A stretch of 64,000 bases of DNA from Camelus dromedarius (taxonomy: Eukaryota): positions 120,778,001 to 120,842,000 of the forward strand of contig NC_087437.1 of the NCBI RefSeq assembly GCF_036321535.1. The letters are read 5' to 3'. The position numbers and the translations under genes were made by a program. Shown here piece after piece: positions 13,801-26,900 of this stretch (the stretch's first letter is position 1; the number at the start of each line of letters is the position of its first letter). A model generated the notes under the pieces. That model ran no database searches, was not told where the DNA came from, and saw only the letters and a program-made list of their open reading frames with translations.

Positions 13801-14907
13801 ACGACGTGTACTCCCAGGAGCCGCAGCTGCGTGTGGAGCCGCTGGCCGGTGAGTGGGCCGCGGGGGCCGCGGGGGCGCTTTCCTGTCCGTGGGCCCCGCC
13901 GCCCCGTTCCCGGGGAGCCCCGTGCGGCCGGGCTTCCCGCCGTCCCAGAGCCGGCTTCTCTCTCGGGGCCTTTGGGCAGCGACTGTGGCCCTTCTGCTCA
14001 TCTGAATAATTGCTCTTCTGCAACCGCTATTTTCACGTTTAATAAATACTCTGCATCTGAAGGTAGGAAAAATGAAAGCCAGACATTGGCTGATGCCTAC
14101 TGCAGAGAATTTAGTAAGTAAGTACACGTTCATGCTTAGAGTTCCATTACAGAGGCAAAATGCTAGACTTAGTTATGGCCTGTACTCTGATCAGAAGTCT
14201 TCTTTCCAAGTGTTGATTACACTTGGCCCCCAGCACGGCGTTTGGGAAACTCAAAGCTGCTGTCCTTTTTGTTAAGTCCTGAAATTAGTAGAAATCGCCG
14301 TAAGCAGCTTAGTGGAGGCGGCGTGGCCCTTGGCTGAAACACTAGTGAGTGACTGGCTTGGTTGTTTTAGGCTGGAAACAATGTATTTATTTGCTTGTTT
14401 CTTCCATTTGGGGAAAGAAATCAAGGAGAGCTTTGTTTTTATTTAACCTCTCCAAACTCCCTATTTTTCTGCTTTTAAACTTCTCCATGGCTACCTAGGA
14501 GGTCCTCAGATGCTGAAGACAGCAGTCAGTCTCTCAAATAATTTTCATCAGAGAATCTTCTGTGGGAAAGGCTAAGCTTCATGGAGTCAAGGGCCTGGGA
14601 GATGCCGGCTCACACCTCGCCCAGCTCCAGGCCCTTCCTCCTTTCTCTTGTCTGCTGATTGCTTCCTGTGTCTTCCCTCTTGCTGTCTTCCTTCTGCCGT
14701 CCCTGGAGTGGATTCTCAGAAACCTCAGCCCACGCCTGCCCTCTGTTTCCATCTAGGAGAAGGCGGTGGCCCTGCCAGCTGTTTCTGAACCAAAGATGCG
14801 GAAGGCCTGACCGCAGAAGGCCAGGAAAAATCTGAATGGCAGCAGCGCATTGTTTTATTAGTTTTTTCTTTAGTGTCATCATCTGATTCTCTCGTGCTTT
14901 CTTTTTT

Positions 14908-14984
<77 letters not shown>

Positions 14985-17900
14985 GATGTATCGTCAGCTT
15001 ACAATGTTGTGTCAGTTTCTGGTGTACAGCATAATACTTCAGTCATGCATGAACACACATATATTCGTTTTCATATTCTTTGTCACCATAGGTGATTCTT
15101 TCTTAATAACTAACCAGCAGGTAAATTTTGAGACCCTCATATGCACAGTTGCCACCATGATCTCTAACTCACTAAACCAAGGCGGTGATAAGACCCGTCA
15201 GGCTCACAGATTCTCTCGTTCCAGCGCGGGCCCCTTCAGCCCTGCGGTCCTGGTAACTGAGGCAAGAAGGGAAGGTGGACGGATGGAGACTGAGCGATTC
15301 ATGGAGTACTTAAAGTGAACAGATCTTCTCTTTGAAGAGACAGAGTGCTCTCTGAACTTACAGTGGGCCTTCTGTTGGTCCTTCTGGTTGACAGTGAGGC
15401 TCATTGCTGTCCTTTTCCCTTTAGATAGCCTTTTGGCTGGTATTCCTCAGAAGGTCAAGTTCACTGTCACTACTGGCCATTATACTGTAAAAAACGGGGA
15501 CAGCCTCCAGCTGAGCAACATAGAAGCCATGCTCATCCTGTGTCACGCGGAGAACAGAGCTGTGATCTACTCCAACACAAGAGGTGAGGCGGCAGCCACC
15601 TGGCAAAGGTGGACGCACCGTGAGGCTATAAGGAATGTTGTCCCTGCTGTCCACCTGAGGACGGCTTCTCCTTGCCGCTGTCTCACTGCGGTGTCCCACC
15701 TGTAGGGGACTGCGGCCCTGCCCACCCATGGGGCGTTGCATTCGAGGGCAGAGACGGAGAGCTGCGCACGCGCTCGGCCGGGGGCAGTGCTGGCCGTGCT
15801 GTGATCTCAGGAGGCTTGTGCTCCGTGGTGAGGCCCTGCTGGCCTCCAGCCTCCTTCCACACTCCCCAGCTCCCCTCGCCAAAAAGCAAAAGCAAATAAG
15901 CTTTTTAAGATGCTGGTCAGGATCCCTGTGAAGTCCCACCTGCCGCAGGCCCCAGCCCTGAGGATTGGGGCTGGAGGGCGGGAAGGATGCAGCTCCCTCT
16001 CTGAGTCGGACTTGGTCCGAGTTGGTCCTGCAGCGGGGCGGAGTGGGAGCGTCACGGGGACACAGGCGGGCCAGGCCGGCCGTGTGAAAGGGGGCCCTTT
16101 CCTGTCTTCAGACTGAGCACAGCAACAGTCTGGGCCTCGACCAGACCGCTTTCAGGCAGTGCTGCTCTGTCTTAGGGGGCTTTGCTCCTGCCTTTCCTGC
16201 TCCCCTCCTTCCCATTGTGGTCCCTCCTAGACACACCCCTCTCCCCGTGTAAGAGCACCGGGTTGGGCTGGCGGGTCGCTGCTGGGCCCATCGCCCACCA
16301 GAGGAGAAAGGACAAGGAGACAGAGGGAGTGTGTTGGGAGTGACGTTTCTGTCTTTCCTAGAAAAGGCTTCTGACGCAGCGCTCCGGGTTCAGTCGTCTG
16401 ACAAGGTCACGAGCATCAGTCTGCCGGCCGCCCCTGCCTACCACATGATCGAGTTCGAGCTGGAAGTCCTCTCCTTACCTTCAGCTCCAGCAGCCGGAGG
16501 GGAGAGCGCTGTGCTGGGGACGACAGAGCCCCACTGGAAGCATAGGGACACACAGAAGGCCAGCCACAGCATGGCTACCACGGACCACAGAGTAAGAAGG
16601 GCTGAGCTGCGAGCCCGTGGTGGTGGCCTCTGCCCGTCTGTGTGTTCTGAAAGGCAGTACGTCAGGATGGCTTCTGTGGAGGGGGCGGATTTCCAGCACC
16701 TGATACCACCTGCTCTGGCTGGGTTCAGTGTTTACAGCTGTGGGTCAGCCCTTCTTAGATAAGGGGTACATCTTGCAAAGACATAGACGAGCGGTCTGTT
16801 AACTTTTCTATCCCAACTCAGGAGGAGGGACAGGGTGTTGTCAGAGATCAGTGTTTGCTTAGAGGGCAGTGAGTGTGTCTCCGCCGTCCTTTTGTCCTGG
16901 TGATTAGGCCAGAGGCAGTTCTGTGTCTTGGTGTGCTTCGCTTTCTGCTCACTGAGACATCACATCACACAAAGCAGAGAAGAAGTACTGTCGTTTTCTG
17001 CCTTGGTGCTGGTGTTTACTGACAGTTACTTGAGAGATCCATGACTTTGGCCCCAGGTCCCCAGTCAGTCTCTCATAGAACGTGTTACTAGCATCATGCT
17101 TGTCTTGTAACACAGATACCAGTTCTGAGGGCTTTTGAACAGCCCAAGGGTAGAAGTGTATCCTTGGGGCTTGAGATGGTTGTTGAACCAGGGAGAAGAA
17201 TGGATGAAAACAATGAGAACTTCAACAAAGAGATATGAAATATAAGAAGATACCAAAGAGAAGTCTCAGAGCTGAAGAATACAATAGCTGAACTGAAAAT
17301 GCACTAGAAGGGGTCACAGCAGACTAGGTGGAGCAGGGAAAGGCTCAGTCAGCTTGAAGACAAGGCAGTGGAACTTGCCCAGTCAGAGCAGAAGAAAGAT
17401 TGAAAAAATTAAAGACAGCTTAAGGAATTTATGGGGCAACACCATACAGACAAACATGACATTCTAGGGGTCCCAGAAGGAGGGGAGACAGAAGGGGCAG
17501 AAATTTTATTTGAGGAAATAATGGCCAAAAAGTTCCCTAACCTGCGGAAGAAAAAAGACCTTCAGATCCAGGAAGCCCAGAGGGTTCCAAACAAGATGGA
17601 CCCAAAGAGACCCACACAATGACACGTTATAGGTAAAATGTCAGGTAGTTAAAGACAAGGGAAGAATCTGTTATGTGTAAGAGAACTTCCTAAGACTCTC
17701 AGCAGATTCTTCAGCAGAAACCGCCCAGGCCAGGAGGGAGCGGCACTGGGCGTCATACGTGCTGGAGGAGGACAGTAGGGGCAGCTTCCCCCCAGGCAGT
17801 GAAGTTACCCTTCAGAAGTGAAGGGAAGAGAAAGGGTTTTCCACACGAGCGGAAACGAAAGGAGGTCATCACCACTGAACCCGCCCTGCAAGAAATGTTA

Positions 17901-20900
17901 AAGGGGCTTCTTTATGCTGAAAAGAAACTGTGCTAATTAGTAACAAAACACAGGAAAGAAGAAATCTCATTGGAAAAGTAACTGTTTAATAAAGGTAATG
18001 GTTCAATCGCTTAGAAGGCTAGTATGAAGGTTAAAAAAAGCAATAAAAATAGCTATGATTATAACATAAGGGATACACAAGATAAAAAGATTTAAAATGT
18101 GACAACTCAAAAACAAAATGTTGGGGAGGGCAGTAAAAATGTTGAGCTTCAGAATGAGATCAAAGTTAAGGTGTTATCAACTTAAAATAGACTTTTGCAG
18201 GTGTGAGTTGTTACACACGAGCCTCGTGGTGACCACAGGGCAGAAGCCTATGGTGAGTACCTGGAAGATGGAGGAGTAGAAGCACCACTGGGTGCAGGCA
18301 GTGAATCACAGAGGGCACGGCAGGAGGCAGAGGGGCAGGGAGGGGCTGGAAATGGTGAACAGGTACCAGAATGGCAGTGAGCGCGTGCCTGTCAGCAGTC
18401 ACTTAAATGTAACTGGACCCCGAAAGACGGGCCGAGTGACTAAAAAGAAAACCAAGGCCCACCTATGAGCTGCCTACAGAAGACTCACTTCAGTGGGGAG
18501 GGTGCAGCTCAGTGGTAGGGCACATGCTCAGGACACACAAGGTCCTGGGTTCAACCCCAGTACCTCCATTAAATAAATACGTAAACCCAATCCCCCCCCC
18601 CCCAAAAAAACCCCACATAATTAGAAGAAGGCTCATCAAATACTGTTTTAAAAAAGGAGACCCATTTTAGATGTAAGGACACACAAACTAAAGGTGAAGG
18701 GATGGAAAAAGATATTCCATGTAAGTGGGAATGAAAAAGAAAAGCTGGAGTAATTACACTTACATCAGCAAACAGACTTCAAATCAAAGTGTAGTAACAG
18801 ACAAGGAAGGGAGTTATGCAATGATAAAGGAGTCAGTTCAGTAAGAAAATACATTTTAAGACATTTATGCATTCAGCATAGGAGCACCTAAAATATAAAG
18901 CAGATACTAACATACCTCTGGGGAGACATATGTGCTGATAAATTGGACAACCCAGGAGAACTGGATAGATTCCTAGAAACAGCCTGCCAAGACTGAGTCA
19001 TGATGAAGTGGATGATCTGAACAGACCAATTACTGGTAAGGAGATTGAATCAGTAGTCAAAAAACCTCCCAAACCAAAGACCAGGACCAGATGGCTTCCC
19101 TGGTGAATTCCACCAAACATTCAGAGGAGTACCAGTCCTTCTCAAACTCTCCCAGAAAACAGGAGGGCCAGCATTGCCCTGATACCAAAACCAGACAAGG
19201 ACGCCACAGGAGGTTACAGGCCAGTATCCCTGGTGAGCATAGATACAGAAATTCTCAACAAAACATCAGCAAGCCGAACTCAACAATATGTGAAAAGGAC
19301 GATACGCTGTGATCAGTGAGGTTTACTCCAGGGATGCAAGGGGGGTTCGACACCCACAAGGCAGTGTGCTGTACTGCATTAACAGACTGAGGGGTAAAAC
19401 CATACGCCCTGTCAATAGACGCAGAAAACGCATTCGACAGAGTTCAGCGTCCATTTATGGTAAATACTCAGCAAAGTCAGAAGAGAGGGAGCATGCCTCA
19501 ACATCATAAAGGCCGTACGTGCCAAGCCCACAACCAGCACTGTGCTCAGCAGTGAAAAGCTGAAAGCTTTTCTAAGATCAGCAGCAAGATCAGGAACGAG
19601 ACAAAAGGCCCACTCTTGCCGCTTGTTCAGCACAGTATTGGGAGTCTTAGAGCAATTATTCAAGAAAAATAAGTCATCCAACTTGGAAAGGAAGAAGTAA
19701 GACTCATTATTTGCAGATGACATGATATTATATGTAGAAAACTCTGAAGACTCCAACAAAAACTGTTGGAATTAATAAATTCAATAAAGTTGAAGGATAT
19801 AAAATCAGTATGCAAAAGTCTATTGCATTTCTTTATACTAATACTGAAGTGTGAGAGAAATTAAGAAAACAATCTAATTTTCAATTGCATCAAAAAAAAA
19901 AAAAAAACCTAGGAATAAATTTAACCAAGGAAGTGAAAGACTTGTATATTGAAACCTAAATGACATGAATGAAAGAAATAGAAGAAGTCACAAATAAGTG
20001 GAATGATATTCCATGCTCCTGGACTGGAAGAATCAATATTTCCAAATCATGTATCTGATAAGTGGCTAATACACAAAATGTATAAAGAACTCACACAACT
20101 GAATAGCAAAAAAAAAAAAAAAAAAAAACATGTAATCTGATTTAAAAATGGGCAGGAGATCTGAAGAGACATTTTACCAAAGAGGACACACAGAAGGCCA
20201 ACAGGGACATGAAAAGATGCTCAGCATCACTGGTCATCAGGGAAATGCAATCGAAACCACAGTGAGTTAGCACGTCAGCCCTACCAGGATGGATATTATC
20301 AAAAAACAACAAATGACAAGTGTTGACGTGGATGTAGAGAAGAGGGGACCTCATGCACTATTGTTGGGGATATAAACTGGTGCAGCCACTGTGGAAAACA
20401 GTATGGAGGTTCCTCAGAAAATTTGAAAAAAATAAGCTACCATACAATCTGGCAACTCCACTTCTGGGTATTTTTCTGAAGAAAACAAAAACACCAACTC
20501 AGAGAGATACCTGCACCCCCATGTTCATTCCAGCATTATTTACAGTAGCTGGGACATGGGAGCACCCTAAGTATCCACCGACGAAGGAATGAAGAAAGAG
20601 GATGTGGTGTGCACACACACTGGAGTATTACTCAGCCATAAAGAAGAAGGACGTCTTGTCATTTGCAACAACATGGATGGATGTAGAGGGCATTATGCTC
20701 AGTGAAGTTAAGTCAGGCAGAGAAAGGCAAACGATCTCACTTATATGTGGAATCTAATAAATCAAAATAAAAACCAAGATACAGAGAAGAGATTGCTGGT
20801 TACCTGAGGTGTGGAGCAGGGACTGAGAGAATGGGTGAACTATCTTTTTTGTTATTTTTTTGTCTTTTGGTTTAAATAAACTGAATAATTAAAAAAAAAA

Positions 20901-23900
20901 AAAAAAAGAAGGGGTATACAAAAGCAGTAGGATGAAAGGCCAAGAAAAGCAGTCACTTCAGAGGATTATGATGAACACCAGACACGCCAGCTCCTCAGGA
21001 ACAACGTGCTCATCACCGTCCTGGAGATCCCCTCCCTCCTTACCGGCTGCAGGCTTCGGGAGGGAAAGGTGACACGCCAGCAAGCGCACGGAGTCGGGGC
21101 TGGGCGAACAACTGTTCTGTACTCTGTGTGTTCGTTTGTTCTGTGGGGGAAGCAAGTTTGAGACCTGGTTTCTGCCGTTAAGGAAGTTAATAGCATGGTC
21201 CACACTGCATCCTTAAATTGATTGGTTTTCAGTTAGGTATTCAGTGTCATGTGGGTTGAGAGTTTGACAGTTCATTTAATTTTGTAATAGTCATTGGTTA
21301 GTGTCATCTGCACATAAGCGAGTAAAAGCACTTTGTCACAACGTCCTGCACACTAAAGTCACACCTGGCGTCGCGGCCACCTGTGGGCGAGGACAGTGAG
21401 GTGGGGTCTGTGCTGCTGGTGGTGCTTCTGCTCCGGGGCTGCTGAGACGCTCTGTGTCCGGGGCTGTCTCCTTCGTGCAGGTGTGGACTGGGCTCTTTCT
21501 GGGTGAGAAGTGGTGAAGACATTAGATGTCTAGGAAGTTGGCAGCTGCTGTAGACTTGGAGGGATGAAGGTGGTGGTGGCTCTGCCGTGTGGTGAGTGGT
21601 CTGAATGTGTGTCCCTCTTTGTCCTCAGGTGTCCATCGATTGCCCGTGGTCCATCTACTCCACTGTCATCGCACTGACGTTCAGCATGCCCTTCCGGACC
21701 ACGCACTCCCTGCTGTCGGCTGGGACACGGTAAGGACCCCAGGCCCGGCTCCTTTCCTGGGCTCTCCTGCATGGAGGCCCTCTCGTTCAGAGCTTGGCCT
21801 TGGTGACATTGAGCATATTTTCTTACAGCTGTGATGCCAGGGTCCACCTGCTAAAATTCACAGTAATTCCCTGGGTCCTACAATGCCCAGTTGATACCCA
21901 GGCCCCCCCAGCTGTCTCAAAAATGATCGAGCAGAGTTGATTTGTAGGACATGGGATTCCAGCAAAGCCCCCTTTGCTTCTGAGATCCGTCTTTATCCCT
22001 CCTCCCCATTTCTCAAGCCACTGGCACGTTGACAGGCTTGGGCCAGTGGTCCTCCAGAAGGTCCGCCATTCTGGGTTTGACTGGCCGTGTCCTCATGGGT
22101 TTGTTTGGCTGGTTCCCCGTCAGCTGCTGTCTGTCCCCGCTGGAGCTCGGGCAGGTAGCCCTGAGCTGTGGGTGTTTGGCAGCACCCCTGGCTCCCCCAC
22201 TTTGTGCCAGTGGCACGCCCACCCACCCCCACCCCAGTCTGAGACCGCAGATGTCTCCAGATGCCGCCCCTGTGACAGCCACTGCTGTAGCGCTTGACTC
22301 GGCTCAGAGTCAGTTTTTGGACAAGAGTCTGCAGGTGCTGTCGTGTGCTCCATCGGCCCCCCATCGGGGGGCACTGTCCAGGGCCCCACTGCAAGTGCCG
22401 CGCGCCCGTGGACCCTGGGCTCTCACTGTCACGGTCCCCTCTGGCTTTCAGCCGTGACGATGTTCAGGTAACTCGGAAGCAAAGCTGCAGGGTATGTGCA
22501 GAGAGTAGCGTTACAGCGGCGGCGTGTCTTCCCTGCACATCAGAGCGAGGGGCCTGTTGGGTCAGCGGCCAGACACACCAGCAGCCCCGCGCCGGCTCTG
22601 AGCTGCTTTGCTTGAGCCTTGCTTTTCAAAGCCCCTCTTTACATGTGATGGAAATTAGGGTGAGCCCTGGACTTGGCTGGTTTCTCAGTGAGTCGTCATC
22701 GCTTCTGAGGATGGAGAGTGTTCATTGCTCTTTCCCATGACATGTTGCGATCTGTTGTATGTTTAGGAAAGTCGGTTATAATCGTGCAACGATGTATCCA
22801 AAATAGAATATTCTTTGATCTGTTTTTCCCGAGAGATAGCTTGCTTAGGAAGATGTGTTTCTTTCTCACGGTTTTACATGTGAAATCGAAAGTAGAAATA
22901 TATGTAACAACTCGTTCTTACTTTACTGTGTCACTTTTTTTATTTCCTGGACTGTGTCTTAACGCAGCCAAAATATATTTGATAAAGGTCTCAAGTGTCA
23001 GAATCTTACTTTTTGTGTTTCTCCTTTAGGAAGTATGTTCAAGTGTGTGTCCAGAACTTGTCCGAACTTGACTTCCAGCTGTCAGATAGTAATCTCGTGG
23101 CTGCCGGGGACAGCAGCGACCTGCGACTCGTACCGCTGCACACGGACTCCCAGCAGGTACCCGTTCCCTGGAGTCGAGCATGAACTTCTGGACAGAAAAC
23201 GGTGGAAGAAGTGTGGTGATGGCACGCCCGTCACGTCTTGATGAAAATGACAGTGTGTTTTTAGCTTAAGCCTCTCCGCACAGAGCGCGACCGTGCCGGT
23301 GGTCGGCGGAGCGCACACCGGGAGGAGGATGGCCCTGAGGCTCGGCTCTGTGGCCGCAACATCATATGGTTGCGCTTCACTTTGGGCCGAGCGGCACAGT
23401 GGACGGGTTAGGAGATAGGCTGGTATCTGTGTTTTCAGAAAGGTTAAATCTTACATGTGTCTGCCTCCATGCGCAGATCGACAGCACTCCAGGCTCATTC
23501 TTGAGTCTCGTGCTGACCGCGTGGACTCCATCAGCCCGGAAGCAGTGCCTCCGATTAAATGCCCGCCTGTGCCCAGCGATGGCTCTCGGGGGTAGGGGGG
23601 AGCTGTGAAAAGGAGCCACGCTCACGTCTGCGCGGCCTGGCTGAGCCCCGGCCCCACTTTTTCTGTCCACTTGTCGCGTGTGTTTTTAGACAGTGAATGC
23701 TGAGTGTTTAGAAGATCAGACTTTTCTTAATGGATGTCTGATCTTTAGTATTTACAAAGGATTTTTCCCAACTAGCATTTGCTCCATTTCAAGCGCTCCC
23801 CACGTCTGTCGCTGCACGTGCAGGCGTGGACTTCATGCCTGAGGGGTGCTAGTTCTTCTCCTCGCTTCACCTAGTGGTAGAAACAGAGCAGCTGGCGTGG

Positions 23901-26900
23901 GTGTAACAGTGGCCCTTTCACACGCTCGCTGACACGTCCCATGTCGGAAACGTTCGGACTGCTGCGTTCTAGTAAACAGTCTTCCCCTGTGCTGTCAGGC
24001 TTGTGAACCATGACAAATCAAAGCCTTTTAACCAGCTGGGGGCAGTCTTCCTCAAGGGCAAGTCCCCGCAGGGAGGCTGGTGCAGGCCCTGCGGGGCGCC
24101 TGGGGGCTGCGCGTCGGCCCCGCCTCTGCATGCGCGGTGACGGCCGCTCTCTTGCAGCACGTCCGCAGCGAGCAGGCGGCCTTCTTCGTCTGGGAGCTGA
24201 AGTGGACCCGGGAGCCTCCCCCGCCCCTGCACGGCCAGTTCTCCGTTGGATTCTCGCCGGCTTCTGAGCAACGACTGTCTGTCTCCCTAAAGCCCTATAC
24301 GTATGAATTCCAAGTGGACAATTTTTTTGTATGTGTTGCCTTCTCTCTGGTGGGGTTGTGGGTGGGGGGTGGACGGTGGCATCGTATTCTGTATCTTCTG
24401 GAGATCAGACGGACAGGCTTTTTCAGTATAATGAAGCTGCAGACCCCGGGAACGGCCTGCGCTCGGAGGGGCTGAAGCGTCGCCCGCAGCGTTTGGAGCC
24501 CCGGGTCCTCGCCAGGTGGCGGGCCTGAGACCCGCCCTCCTGCGCGCTCTCCACTGAGTGTGCTGGTCTGCAGCCGGGACCCCCACCTCTTCCCGTCTCC
24601 CCTTCCCCCCCGACAGCGACTCCTTCCTCCTCGACCCTCGGCTGCTGCTCTATTAAGGCATGTCTCTAGTTTCTTAGGAGGAAAACTGAGAGTATTATAG
24701 AAATTTACGCAGTCGATGGGGCGAAGGTTTTCTTTAACTTGCGCGTTAAGTGCGGAGCTGAAAGTGGCCTGGGCTGGGCGAGCAAAGAGGGATGGGCTTT
24801 GTTCCTTGGGGAGCTGAGTGGGCTTCGTGTGAGGTGAGTCAGAATGTGGACACACTGTTTTGTGGCTTTTCCTTTCCTTTTACAGCTGAGATTGTCACAC
24901 AGCACTTTATCTGAGAAGGTGTTTGTGTGCGTAGCTCTTGATATTAGCAGTTTTTTCAGTCCCTCCTCCAACCCGGAGTCTGTTTGCTTGGACCCTCCTG
25001 AGTTTCTGAGCTTTCTCATTAGCCTCAGGGTGAAGCGTAATCCCTGGTGTAGCTCATCGTTTTGTTGTACAGACAGGGGCCTTTTCAATGTGTTAACAGC
25101 CGCCGAACAGTAAATGATTCGTACGATGAGGAGTCGGCATACTGTTACCGTGGTTTGCTCGCTGCGGATGGTTAATAACGAGGTAGCCGTGTCCACTGTT
25201 ACTTTTCCATCTTTCTTGTTTCTTTTCAGACTCCGAGTGTAGGGAAGGGCTTCCTTCAGCGCGGAGCGAGCGGGTGGACGGCCAGCGCAAGCACCTGGGG
25301 GGTCGCTCTCTTCCACACTGGTCCTCCGAGGGCCGGAGATACAGATGCCACTTTTTTAAGAAAAAGCTTTATGGAGATGTAGTTTGCACACCGTGAAGCT
25401 CACCCGTGTGGCACGTTAAGCGCGTGTTGTGTGTGACAGGCTTGTGTCACCACGGCCAGGACCGGACGTCAGAGTGCCTCCACCATCCCAGGGCCTCCCC
25501 ACGCCTGCGCCCCCCTCTTAGCCCCGGCCCACCCAGAGGCAGGTGTGCCTCTGCCACCTGCTCGAGGGCAGGCGTGTTCCGTTTGGTCTTTCGAGACTGG
25601 CTGCTTCTCCGTGTCACAGTGTTGCCCAGGGTCACCCATTTTGCATTGTGTGGCGGGGCCCCTCCTCGTGGGGGGCGGAATAGCGCCCTGTGGTGCGGTG
25701 GACCACATGGCTGCTCGGTCCTCTGCGCTGCACGTCCAGGCTGTTCCCCCCCAGGGCTGCTAGGCATGGCGATGCTGTCTGGGGGGGTCCTTGGGTGAGT
25801 TCTGTGCACCCAGATGTGCTCGGTTCTGTGTTGCCGGGACACATGTGGTAAGTTTGTGAGAAGCTGCTGAACTGTTCTTAAGGGAACGTCACTTTACGTT
25901 CTCTCGGCAGCACGTGCGGGCTCCGGGTTCCAGGTGCCCGCCGACGCTCGCTCTCGCTGGCCGTCCGGCCGCAGCCCCCGCGCTGGGAGGGAGGCCGTCT
26001 CTCACCTCCGTGACGTCGGGTGGCGGTGAGCATCTTCCTTGTGCTTTTCGGCCATTTGTGCATCTTCTTTGGAGAGACGTCTGTCCATCTCCTTTTCCCA
26101 CTTTTAGTGCGGTTGTCTTCTTGTTGAGTTGTCAGTGCTCTTCGCGTGTTCAGTCCCTGATCATACGCAGGGTCTGCAGGTATTTCCTCCCACTTCGTGT
26201 TTGTACTTTCGCTTTCTTGATGGTGTCCTTTGAAGCACAAACGGTTTTACTTTCGCTGGAGCCCAGCTTACCAGGCTCTCTTTATTTCCTGTACTCTCGG
26301 TGTAGGATCTGAGCCACCATTGCTTATTATCCCAAGTTCAAAAAGGTCTCCTGTGTTTTCTTCTTAGAGTTTATAGTTTTAGCTCTACTCACATGTATAG
26401 TTTTAACTCCTACTGAGAGTTAACTTCTCTGTGTGGTGAGAGGAGGTTCCAAGTTCATTCTGTCTGCGTGGCCGTTCAGGTGCCCCCGTCCCATTTGTTG
26501 GCAGGACTCTTCCCTCCCCTCAGGTGGCCTTGGCACCCTTGTTGAAGATCTGGTGGCTGTCAGTGTTGGGGTTGATTTCCGAGGAGGCTTATTTCTGGGC
26601 GTGGTGCCTGCAGCCTCCGAAGGTCCAGGGCTTCCCTGCGGCCGCCCCTCAGCCCGTGAGTGTCCAGGGGCGGCAATCAGGACGCTTAGGAGCACAGTCA
26701 CCCGTCGCTCCGTAGCTCAGAGCTGCCTTCCTGGCCCTGAGCACGACTCACGCGTCTTTGGCCTCTCAGACCTTCCGGACTGCGCGGCCCGGCCGTGAGC
26801 TGCCAGGGCAGGAGCTCCTCCGTCAGCCCGTTCGCTGTTGCCGCTCTCTCCACCTGGCGTTCCTTCACCTTCTTCCCCTGGGATGGGGTCTGTCCGCTCC

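Noticed and set aside
18495..18570. tRNA-like A/B boxes as a possible tRNA gene
   Set aside because: Followed by a SINE body and tail and flanked by a TSD; no proper cloverleaf acceptor stem
24705..25316. 203-aa minus-strand ORF in a TRAPPC10 intron
   Set aside because: GTG start, no promoter context and no recognisable homology; cannot be supported beyond its length
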